From contig NZ_CP006867.1 in the NCBI RefSeq assembly GCF_001481685.1, positions 210,001-242,000 of the forward strand: a stretch of 32,000 bases of DNA. Reading direction: 5' to 3'. The stretch's first letter is position 1, and every line of letters begins with the position of its first letter. Both the position numbers and the translations under genes were made by a program. The notes beneath the pieces were generated by a model. It was not told where the DNA came from. It saw only the letters and a list, made by a program, of their open reading frames with translations, and made no database searches. The stretch is from Ignicoccus islandicus DSM 13165. Lineage in GTDB: Archaea > Thermoproteota > Thermoprotei_A > Sulfolobales > Ignicoccaceae. Shown piece by piece: positions 24,105 through 32,000 of this stretch.

Positions 24105-27100
24105 TTGAAAGCGATATACAGAGATGGCTGCCCGGTCTGCGGCGGAGCCATAAGCTCGGACAGACTAGCCAAGGGGTTACCTTGCGAGAGGTGTTTACCG
24201 GAGGAAGTGCCACGCGACAGGCTTAAGGAGATGAACTTAGGAGGTCCGCTAGGACAATATTTTAAAATTGAGAAAGAAGTCGAGGAAGCGGAAAGGGTTT
24301 TCCATGAAGTAACTAAGAGCGTGTTCTGGTCCGCCCAAAGGGCTTGGTTGATAAGGGCCCTTAGGGGGGAGAGTTTCTCCATAGTGGCACCAACGGGAAT
24401 GGGTAAGAGCACTTTCGGCGCGCTAGTTTCAGTACTCTTTGCAAAGAAGTTCGGTAAGAGTTACGTGATATTGCCTACAACGCCCCTAGTTGAAATGATG
24501 TACAAGAAGGCTAAGCCCTTCGCCGACATCCTAGGCGTCGAGGTAGTTAAGATCCATTCTAAGATGAGCAAGGGGGAGAGGAAGGAAGCGCTCGAAAAGT
24601 TCGAGAAAGGGGAATTCGGAGTTCTAATAACCACTTCGCGATTTATGATAAATAAATTGGATGAGCTAACCAAGTTCAAGTTCTCATTAATATTTGTAGA
24701 TGACGTTGACTCCGTTCTGAAGAGCAACAAGAACGTGGACAGAATACTCCAATTGCTGGGTTTGAATGAAGAAGATCTCAAAGAGCTCTGGAACATAGTC
24801 AATAAAGAAAAGAGAATAATGAGGTATTTGCTTAACACAAACGATCCGGAGAAGAGGCTCTCTTTCTTAGAAGAGCTCGAAGAGATCGAAGAGCGAGTTA
24901 AGGAATTGAGGATGAAGGTTAACGGTATACTGATCTTCAGTTCGGCTACGGGCAAGGTGAGAACCAACAGGATCGCCATGGTTAGGAAGCTCTTGAATTT
25001 CGAACCAGGAGGAACGAGCGAAGGCGTTAGGAACGTAATAGACAGCTATACCCGAGAGGGTTTCGTTAAGGTCGTTAAGGCACTGGGTAAGGGAGGTCTG
25101 GTCTTCGTTCCAGCCGACAAAGGCCTCTCCTTCGCTGAAGAGGTAGCTAGGAAGCTGAAAGAGAACGGGGTCTCGGCGGAGGTCGTTTCATCGGAGAGGG
25201 TAAACGTAATTGAAGCCTTTGAGAGGGGAGAGGTTAGCGTATTAGTGGGCGTCGCTACGCATTACGGCGTTCTCACCCGCGGAATTGACCTACCCCACGT
25301 GATTAGGTACGCCGTTTTCGTTGGCGTGCCGAGGCTTAAGTTCAAGTTGAAGATGGACGAGCCCGTTCCTAGAGCTATTGTTAACGTCTTGAGAATTGCA
25401 GTTGAGGTCGGCTTCGAGGAATACGCAAAGATATACAAGGAGTTAGCGAAGAGGTACAGGAGCTTGACCCAACAAGCGGTCGAAATGCTCAAAGAGAGAT
25501 TGATGAATGGAATAGTCGAAACGGACTTAGAGAAGCTGTTCATGAAAGGGTTTGAAATAATTAGGAACCTAGCCTCTAAGCCAGAGTTCGTTGAGAGGGT
25601 CAGGCGAAGCGGGTTCTACGAGATAGTAGAGGAGGGCGGGGAGCTCTACTTGCTCGTACCTGACTCCGCGACTTACCTCCAAGCTTCCGGGAGGACCTCT
25701 AGGCTGTACGCGGGCGGAGTAACCAAGGGTTTGTCAGTAGTAATTGTGGATAGCGAGCATTTGTTCAATGGACTGAAGAAGAGGTTGAGGTGGGTAATTG
25801 AAAATTGGTACCCGTTCGAGCAACTCGATCTAGGGGAGTTGCTGAAAGAGATCGACGAGGACAGGAGAAAGGTCCTTAAAGTGCTTAGAGGTGAACTAAG
25901 TACCAACGAGATAAGGAACCTATTGAAAACCTCCCTCCTAATTGTCGAGTCTCCAAATAAAGCTAGAACTATTACCAACTTCTTTGGTAGGCCTTCAATT
26001 AGGACCGTCAAGGGAGTAAGGGTATACGAGATAGGGCTCGGCAACAGGATACTCTACGTGACGGCTTCGGGTGGTCACACGAACGACCTAGTCAGCGATA
26101 GCGATCCCCTTTGCATTATGGAAGGCGGAAACTGTTTGTACTATGGAATAGAAGAAAACGGAACCCAACACCTAACGAGCATCAAGAGGTGTATGGTCTG
26201 TGGAACTCAATTCTCTGAAGAGATAAATAGATGTGTTCGTTGTGGATCTAAGTACTTGAAGAACTCAAAGGAAGTCATAGAGGGCTTGAGACTCCTGGCC
26301 GAAGAAGTAGATGAGGTTCTAATAGGAACGGACCCTGATACCGAAGGTGAGAAAATAGGTTGGGACGTAGCGAACCTGGTTAATCCCTTTGCAAAGAAGG
26401 TTCTAAGGGTAGAGTTCCACGAGGTCACTAAGCGGGCCTTGTTGGAGGCTATAGACAATCCCAGACCCTTTAACTTCAACTTAGTCGGTTCCCAAATGCT
26501 CAGAAGGGCCGAAGACAGGCTCATAGGCTTCACTTTGAGTCCAAAGCTATGGTTCGATTTATGGCCTAGGTACACCAATACTCCAGTAGCTTGTAAGATA
26601 TCGAGGAACTTGTCTGCCGGTAGGGTGCAAACGCCCGTCCTCGGATGGGTAATCAAGAGGTACGAGGAATACAAGAGGTCCAGGAAGAAGTTCTACATAG
26701 TGAGCTACGGGGAAGGATGGAGGGAAACCTTCCCCGAGGACTCCTTCGGATTGAAGCCTACGAGGAAAGACGTGGAAAGGAGCACGGTAGTAGTGAAATA
26801 CATCGAAAGGTGGGAAGAGACCGTGCCTCCTAGGCCTCCTTTTACCACCGACAGTTTATTGGAGGAAGCTAACGAGGTCTTGAGGTTAAGCGCAGATCAG
26901 ACGATGAAGCTGGCGCAAGACTTGTTCGAAATGGGTTTCATTACATACCATAGAACCGATTCGGTAAGGGTTTCGGACGTTGGAATTGCCTTGGCCAAGG
27001 AGTGGATAGCCCAAAACTTCGGCGAAGAGCTCTTCGTTCCAAGAAGATGGGGCCAAGGCGGAGCTCACGAAGCCATAAGGCCTACCAGGCCAATAGACGC

Positions 27101-27752
27101 AGATGAATTGAAGTTAATGATAGAAGAGGGTACAATTACAACTGCGAAGCCCTTGACGAACAAACACTTGCAGTTGTACGACCTTATATTTAGGAGGTTC
27201 ATGGCCAGCCAAATGAGGGAGGCTAAGGTTAGGAAGCTTAAATTAGAAATAAGCCTCGAAGAGTTAGAAGCTATAATAACAAAGGATTTAGTTGAAGAGA
27301 TTGTTGAAGCGGGGTGGACGTTAGTGTATCCTAGGATTAAGGTAGAGGTGCCTCCGCCGGAAGGCAGTTACAGCGTGAAGGAAGTAATAGTGAGGAGTTG
27401 GAACACGGTGCCGCTGTATTCTCAAGCCGACCTAATTAGGTTAATGAAAGAGAGAGGTCTCGGTAGGCCTAGTACGTATGCAAAAATAGTTAGCACGTTA
27501 ATGGAGAGGAAGTACGTTATTGAAAGCCCGAAGCAGAGGAAGCTCATTCCGACCAAGAAGGGAATGAGCGTGTACTTTTACTTAACTGAGAACTATTCCG
27601 ACTTGGTAAGCGAGGAGAGGACGAGGAAGCTGGAAGAGCTAATGGACGCAATATCGGAGGGTAAGGCCAGTTACGATAAGGTAGTGAGAAGCGTGATCGA
27701 AGAAGTTAAATGGATACCGATAAAAGGGAGTCCGTTAAGCAACTCTCTCTAA
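24105..27752 (+). CDS. rgy: Reverse gyrase
   Basis: 1215 aa with a TTG start. It has an N-terminal zinc finger (YRDGCPVCGG...CERC), helicase motifs (APTGMGKST, DDVD, SSATG) and a topoisomerase IA half (IVESPNKA, TDPDTEGE, an internal CMVCG..CVRCG finger, HRTDS). Confidence 0.95.
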   Translation: MKAIYRDGCPVCGGAISSDRLAKGLPCERCLPEEVPRDRLKEMNLGGPLGQYFKIEKEVEEAERVFHEVTKSVFWSAQRAWLIRALRGESFSIVAPTGMGKSTFGALVSVLFAKKFGKSYVILPTTPLVEMMYKKAKPFADILGVEVVKIHSKMSKGERKEALEKFEKGEFGVLITTSRFMINKLDELTKFKFSLIFVDDVDSVLKSNKNVDRILQLLGLNEEDLKELWNIVNKEKRIMRYLLNTNDPEKRLSFLEELEEIEERVKELRMKVNGILIFSSATGKVRTNRIAMVRKLLNFEPGGTSEGVRNVIDSYTREGFVKVVKALGKGGLVFVPADKGLSFAEEVARKLKENGVSAEVVSSERVNVIEAFERGEVSVLVGVATHYGVLTRGIDLPHVIRYAVFVGVPRLKFKLKMDEPVPRAIVNVLRIAVEVGFEEYAKIYKELAKRYRSLTQQAVEMLKERLMNGIVETDLEKLFMKGFEIIRNLASKPEFVERVRRSGFYEIVEEGGELYLLVPDSATYLQASGRTSRLYAGGVTKGLSVVIVDSEHLFNGLKKRLRWVIENWYPFEQLDLGELLKEIDEDRRKVLKVLRGELSTNEIRNLLKTSLLIVESPNKARTITNFFGRPSIRTVKGVRVYEIGLGNRILYVTASGGHTNDLVSDSDPLCIMEGGNCLYYGIEENGTQHLTSIKRCMVCGTQFSEEINRCVRCGSKYLKNSKEVIEGLRLLAEEVDEVLIGTDPDTEGEKIGWDVANLVNPFAKKVLRVEFHEVTKRALLEAIDNPRPFNFNLVGSQMLRRAEDRLIGFTLSPKLWFDLWPRYTNTPVACKISRNLSAGRVQTPVLGWVIKRYEEYKRSRKKFYIVSYGEGWRETFPEDSFGLKPTRKDVERSTVVVKYIERWEETVPPRPPFTTDSLLEEANEVLRLSADQTMKLAQDLFEMGFITYHRTDSVRVSDVGIALAKEWIAQNFGEELFVPRRWGQGGAHEAIRPTRPIDADELKLMIEEGTITTAKPLTNKHLQLYDLIFRRFMASQMREAKVRKLKLEISLEELEAIITKDLVEEIVEAGWTLVYPRIKVEVPPPEGSYSVKEVIVRSWNTVPLYSQADLIRLMKERGLGRPSTYAKIVSTLMERKYVIESPKQRKLIPTKKGMSVYFYLTENYSDLVSEERTRKLEELMDAISEGKASYDKVVRSVIEEVKWIPIKGSPLSNSL

Positions 27753-28295
27753 TACTATATAGCACTTGCCCTCGTCTTTCTTCAATACCGGGTAAACTAT
27801 GTAGCCTTCCTTGATGAACTTCTTTTGCGAAGGATCTCTTACAGGATAGGCCTTTAGACCGAGTCCCCTGGATATACCGGCTACAATGCCTACGTAGGGG
27901 GCGGCCGCCACTATATCCACTGGACACTTATTCAGAATGAACTTCAATGTACCTTTTTCTTCATCGTATTCCATTGGTATAAGCCCTATGTCTCCAACGG
28001 TTCCGTATTTACTTGTCTCCTTATGAAGTTCGATGTGGCACTTGCTGTTAAGCTCCATAATGGCTTTAAGGATATCGGCTTGCTCGCCCTCCTTTAGGAA
28101 CCCCAAGTTCTTCGCCATCTTAGGTATAGCTTTACTCGAGGTACCCATGACTATTTTGGTTATGACTCCATAGGCGGTATCTCCCAGTATGTCCCTTAAC
28201 TCCTTGGGCAATGCACTAAAAGTTATTTCCCTGAAATAGGTCTGATAGAAGTAGGCTATCCACTCGAGAACTTTACAATCTCCATTTCCTGCCAT
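27735..28295 (-). CDS. Hypothetical protein, weakly V4R/hydrocarbon-binding-domain-like
   Basis: 186 aa. FILNKCPVDIVAAAPYVGIVAGISRGLG and the C-terminal DEGKCYIVLE loosely recall COG1719/V4R proteins. This is remembered pattern only. Confidence 0.5.
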   Translation of the reverse strand: MAGNGDCKVLEWIAYFYQTYFREITFSALPKELRDILGDTAYGVITKIVMGTSSKAIPKMAKNLGFLKEGEQADILKAIMELNSKCHIELHKETSKYGTVGDIGLIPMEYDEEKGTLKFILNKCPVDIVAAAPYVGIVAGISRGLGLKAYPVRDPSQKKFIKEGYIVYPVLKKDEGKCYIVLERVA

Positions 28296-28391
28296 TCCGG
28301 CTTCCCTATTTCCACTTGGTCTACGCTTGAATTATATGTTAGAGCTTCTCAGAATAAAATCGTAAGTCCGAAGCTATTTCGGCTAGGAGCA

Positions 28392-28925
28392 ATGAAACCC
28401 ATTCACGCTCAAGGGTACTACTTCGTAACGCCTTTGGGGAGTTCTTGGCAAATAATTGAGGTGGTTAACTACTATTATTACGATGAGGAAGGCCTTCTAG
28501 CCTCGAAGCTACACAAACCGCGCGAATATAGGGAAGAAATACTAACTACATGGGAGAACATGCAAAGGGCCTTGGATAGCGAGGAAGTTAAGGTAAATGG
28601 GAAACCTACTAAGGTTACCGTCAGGAACGTTTCGATGGAGTTCGTCGGATTTAAGGAAGTTCCATATTTTACCTTTGTTCTAGAGTTCCACGGACCCATT
28701 GTGGAAGGAATCAACTGCTTCGAGAACTCCTTCGAGGAAGGCGTTGCTGAGTACGACTACGAGGCCTTCTGGCTCCTCCCTCCCGGCTACGAGTTCGTAG
28801 AAGCCGTTACTTCTTGCGAATACGATCTTCCAGATGAAGAGGGCAGGATACTCATGCTCTGGTGTAGGAAGGGAGACAAAGTAAAGGGATACGAGAGGAT
28901 ATGCTGGAGGAGCTCCAATAAGTAG
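28392..28925 (+). CDS. Hypothetical protein (177 aa), no recognised domain
   Basis: Clean ORF with AGGAGC about 2 nt upstream of the ATG. The product is acidic and aromatic-rich. No motif recognised. Confidence 0.55.
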   Translation: MKPIHAQGYYFVTPLGSSWQIIEVVNYYYYDEEGLLASKLHKPREYREEILTTWENMQRALDSEEVKVNGKPTKVTVRNVSMEFVGFKEVPYFTFVLEFHGPIVEGINCFENSFEEGVAEYDYEAFWLLPPGYEFVEAVTSCEYDLPDEEGRILMLWCRKGDKVKGYERICWRSSNK

Positions 28926-29927
28926 TTAACCCCTTATTATTTCTCTTATCTTGACTGCAACCTTTAGCATCTCCTTGAGTAGTTCCGTATATTCAATGCA
29001 ATACTTGATTCTCGACTTTATTGGCTCTTTAGTATTGTTGAATATTCCGTAAACTTTGAAGTCAACGTCCTTTACTTCCATTAACGCTCTCAAAGGCTCA
29101 ACTAAAGCTTGAAGCTGGATGGCGCTAGGTATTGCTAATAGACCTTTTTCCATTAAATAGAACGAGATACTTTCGTACACGAACCTCTTATACCTGAGGA
29201 ACTCCCTTCCCCTCTTCCTCAAGGAATAAGCCATTGCTGAACCGAACCTGAACCTTATGTCGTTCGTTCCAACGTTCTTCACGTTGTGGTCTATTATTTC
29301 CATCACCGTTTCCTCCGCTCTGGCTACTAGTTCCTTCACCTTGAAGGAGTGGACGCCTGAATCCATTGCATTCCACAAGTGCTCTAAGAATATGTCCGTT
29401 AGAGAAACCTCAATTGGTACCTTGAAGTCCGCTAAGACGCTTATCAAGTTCTCTGTATATACCCTCTTGTCATCATAGTACATCGTTGCTCTGAAGTACA
29501 TCCTCTTGGGATCTACGTCCAGTCTAGATAGAAGTTCGTCTACTATTAACCTAAGTCTCTTCTCGTAATCGCTGACACTCATCGAATGCCTATCTCTTTC
29601 GTCCTTCATTAACCTAGGATACATTATCGCAACAGTTCTCTCGTCGAAATGTAGCAACTCTTTCATTAACTTTAGAGCTCCTTCGTATTTCGATACTAAG
29701 TTCTCCAATGTAAAGTATGGCGAGTGAACGTTAAAAGTAGCTATCTCCTTTCGCTTTTCCATGAAGTCCATCCAAGCCTTCACGACGTTCTCTTGAGTTA
29801 CGTACTTTCCGAACGCAGAGCTCTTCTTGTAGGTTAAGACCCTTGGCGATATTTCCAGTACTTTAGCTGGGTAATTGTAGGGCACGTGGTCTGGTAATAT
29901 GAAGTAAGTTCCAATTGAGATCTCCAT
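28926..29927 (-). CDS. Hypothetical protein (333 aa), no confidently recognised domain
   Basis: Long ORF with ordinary composition. It sits 48 nt upstream of dtdA on the same strand. Only a faint DUF72/TIM-barrel-like resemblance at the N-terminus (ISIGTY...NYP...W...ATFNVHSPYFT). Confidence 0.6.
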   Translation of the reverse strand: MEISIGTYFILPDHVPYNYPAKVLEISPRVLTYKKSSAFGKYVTQENVVKAWMDFMEKRKEIATFNVHSPYFTLENLVSKYEGALKLMKELLHFDERTVAIMYPRLMKDERDRHSMSVSDYEKRLRLIVDELLSRLDVDPKRMYFRATMYYDDKRVYTENLISVLADFKVPIEVSLTDIFLEHLWNAMDSGVHSFKVKELVARAEETVMEIIDHNVKNVGTNDIRFRFGSAMAYSLRKRGREFLRYKRFVYESISFYLMEKGLLAIPSAIQLQALVEPLRALMEVKDVDFKVYGIFNNTKEPIKSRIKYCIEYTELLKEMLKVAVKIREIIRG

Positions 29928-29975
29928 AACGCTTCTTCCCTCCTTACAATGTAACCTAATAGGTAATGAATGGAA

Positions 29976-30710
29976 TTACACTACCTCGACGCTTAACCCC
30001 ATAGACTTCAAAGTTTCTACAATTTTCTTCCTCTGTTCTGCCTTCACGGACTTCTTCTCGACGTATGCTCTCTCGATAGGATCTCTACTTTTTTCCACCA
30101 TCTGAACTAGCAAATCTTCGTTTATTGAGCCTATTACGTACTTTGGAGCAATATGGCCGATGGAATTAATTCCTTCAAAACACCTCTTTGCAGCTCTCTT
30201 ATTGTAATGAGGTCCGCCTATCCATATTGCGGAAGGGAGGTCTTCCATTTCCTCGTAGTTTAAGACGGCCTTCGCGAGTATATCGTGATTCCTTGGATCG
30301 GTCCAGTCTTCTAACGATGAGCCAATCTCTATAAAGACAATGCCCTTATTTATGGTCGGACCGTGGTGAGTTGCCTCGTAAACCACTTCGTAGTCCTCGC
30401 GATAGTTGTACTTGCTCAACGCGTTCAAGAGCTTACATCCGATCTTTGGTAAAGCTATTGAAAGCGTTCTCGGTTGACCACCTAGTTTGGCTTCATCTGA
30501 GAAGTTCCCTGTGAAGTGGACCGTGAAGGCCTTGACCCTTTTCTCGCTCGAATGTCTTGACAATACTATGAAGTCGTCTCCTTCGACTTCGCTGAAATCG
30601 GAAAACGGAGCGTCTCTAGAGAGCGGATAAACTTCTATGCCTTCCTTCATTAGACGTTCTGCAACGCCCTTAGCGGCCGGGTCGTTGGGACTGTAAACTA
30701 TCTTCAACAA
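29976..30710 (-). CDS. dtdA: D-aminoacyl-tRNA deacylase, archaeal DTD2 type
   Basis: 244 aa with a TTG start. SRHSS, YEATHHGPT, FIEIGSS, GGPHY and GHI.PKY motifs match my recollection of Pyrococcus Dtd2. Confidence 0.85.
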   Translation of the reverse strand: MLKIVYSPNDPAAKGVAERLMKEGIEVYPLSRDAPFSDFSEVEGDDFIVLSRHSSEKRVKAFTVHFTGNFSDEAKLGGQPRTLSIALPKIGCKLLNALSKYNYREDYEVVYEATHHGPTINKGIVFIEIGSSLEDWTDPRNHDILAKAVLNYEEMEDLPSAIWIGGPHYNKRAAKRCFEGINSIGHIAPKYVIGSINEDLLVQMVEKSRDPIERAYVEKKSVKAEQRKKIVETLKSMGLSVEVV

Positions 30711-30860
30711 GCTTCGTTCCCCGCCTTCCTTCAGTACGTTAAGTTAATCTAGTAGAAGCATCTGTCTTCTTTGAACTTATAGGTCCTTGTTTAATATCAT
30801 CCAAACCCTAATTGAAGCTTCATTCAATAAAGGTAAAACGAAATGCTCTATCTATGGAAT

Positions 30861-31348
30861 CTCATTCACCATCCCATGGTGAATTCTCATCTCCACCTCT
30901 TGTCCAAATTTAATTTTCCATTTACTTACAATTAATTCACTCATTTCCTCAACCCTAACCATTTACGAAAAGAAACAATGGTCTCCTTAAGTACCTTCAG
31001 TTTCTACTAGACTTCCCAATTGTTAATTCCATTTCAATCCAATCATTCAACGTCGTATTTTCAAAACCAAATGTAATTTACCACTCTAGAGCTTAGACCA
31101 TCAGTACAAGCCCATTTCAAGATCGATCTTTACAATGAGAAGAAGCTTAGAGGGGTTAATAAGCGATCATGGGAACTCTGATGATCATGGGGATTTCTAC
31201 TCCAGCCTACCTTATACAAGCATATTCATGCATATATTGGACAACTACTTGAGTTCAAGTTCGAAGAGGGAAGGTGTGAATGTGGAAAGACAGATGAAGG
31301 GAAAGGGTTAAAAGATGGGGAATTGGTTGTTTAAATAGGAGGGTAACG
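30861..31348 (+). promoter_or_regulatory. CRISPR leader 2, paralogous to 1673-2160
   Basis: It aligns gap-free to leader 1. It shares the distal inverted repeat (30864-30884), AAGATCGATCTT (31119-31130), the GATCATG pair (31165-31171 and 31183-31189) and the TATA-like boxes TTAAAAGA (31308-31315) and TTTAAATA (31330-31337). Confidence 0.8.
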
Positions 31349-32000
31349 GTAGAGTCCCAATAGGGAGTGGAAAGACCCTGTAAATTCAAGGCTAACGAAA
31401 AAGTATATGCAGTCGTAGAGTCCCAATAGGGAGTGGAAAGGAGGTTGAGTTTTAAACTTGGGTGGAGTATTAAAGCGAGTAGAGTCCCAATAGGGAGTGG
31501 AAAGCTTGTTCAGCTTTACTCTACCATTGATAACGAGCCAAGCAAGTAGAGTCCCAATAGGGAGTGGAAAGTACATTTGTTCGGCTTGGGGCTGTAATCC
31601 TATATAATTTTGTAGAGTCCCAATAGGGAGTGGAAAGTCGGCCTCGAGCCCCCTCGGGGCTTTAAGAGTCCCGTTTTCCTTGTAGAGTCCCAATAGGGAG
31701 TGGAAAGCCTCATCAACCAAAGCTGATAAAATTGCAGTGTATACTAACGTAGAGTCCCAATAGGGAGTGGAAAGAAGGAAATTGTAAAGCCACCTTAATT
31801 CGTCAAGCGTAAGTTTCGGGTAGAGTCCCAATAGGGAGTGGAAAGGGTGATTCTAATTTCGGCCTCGGCAAAGGACGGTACCTAGTAGAGATCCAAGAGG
31901 GAGTGGAAAGATCGATGGCAACGGTCGTTTTCGAAGCAATGAATGGCAGAAGTAGAGATCCAATAGGGAATAGAAAGGAAACCGCATTTAACGTCAGCGT
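31349..32000 (+). CRISPR. CRISPR array 2: at least 10 repeats, truncated by the window end
   Basis: Repeat starts are 31349, 31415, 31479, 31546, 31612, 31682, 31749, 31820 (all GTAGAGTCCCAATAGGGAGTGGAAAG); 31885 (GTAGAGATCCAAGAGGGAGTGGAAAG); and 31952 (GTAGAGATCCAATAGGGAATAGAAAG). Spacers are 38-45 nt. The last complete repeat ends at 31977. Confidence 0.95.

Noticed and set aside
31331-31831. A 166-aa ORF on the minus strand across array 2
   Set aside because: Same artefact as above. STPYWDST and FHSLLGLY recur at each repeat, so this is not a gene.

Overview
The window looks like chromosomal DNA from a hyperthermophilic crenarchaeon (TACK), possibly related to Sulfolobales. Evidence: reverse gyrase, ribosomal protein L15e, archaeal two-subunit PheRS, archaeal DtdA, a hexameric Sulfolobus-type MTA/purine nucleoside phosphorylase, A/T-rich TATA boxes about 26-30 nt upstream of the tRNA genes, and many GTG/TTG starts. 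Two CRISPR arrays share a 26-nt repeat (GTAGAG[TC/AT]CCAATAGGGAGTGGAAAG). Both read on the + strand, and each follows a 488-nt leader; the two leaders align without gaps at about 90 % identity by my hand count. The arrays lie at 2161-2919 and 31349 to the window end. They bracket about 28 kb of mostly housekeeping genes, and I recognise no cas gene in the window. The bracketed genes include thiL-like, MarC, tRNA-Arg, tRNA-Val, rpl15e, two GT-C-type membrane glycosyltransferase-like proteins, Sec61beta, an EamA transporter, a THUMP-SPOUT protein, MTAP, a PRTase, aroD, an HdrB-like protein, pheS, pheT, an HMG-CoA synthase/thiolase-like/DUF35 operon, an M28-like peptidase, rgy and dtdA. The least explained parts: (i) a divergent pair of uncharacterised genes (11566-14129) plus a 33-aa membrane micro-ORF that the ORF track misses; (ii) a 519-aa protein with a beta-propeller-like N-half and a helical C-half; (iii) a thiolase-like ORF in the mevalonate operon with no cysteine at the nucleophile position; (iv) three uncharacterised genes between rgy and dtdA; (v) repeat-variant patterns suggesting recombination between the arrays. 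All functional calls rest on remembered family motifs, since no search was possible. I cannot show that any of these is a new system.
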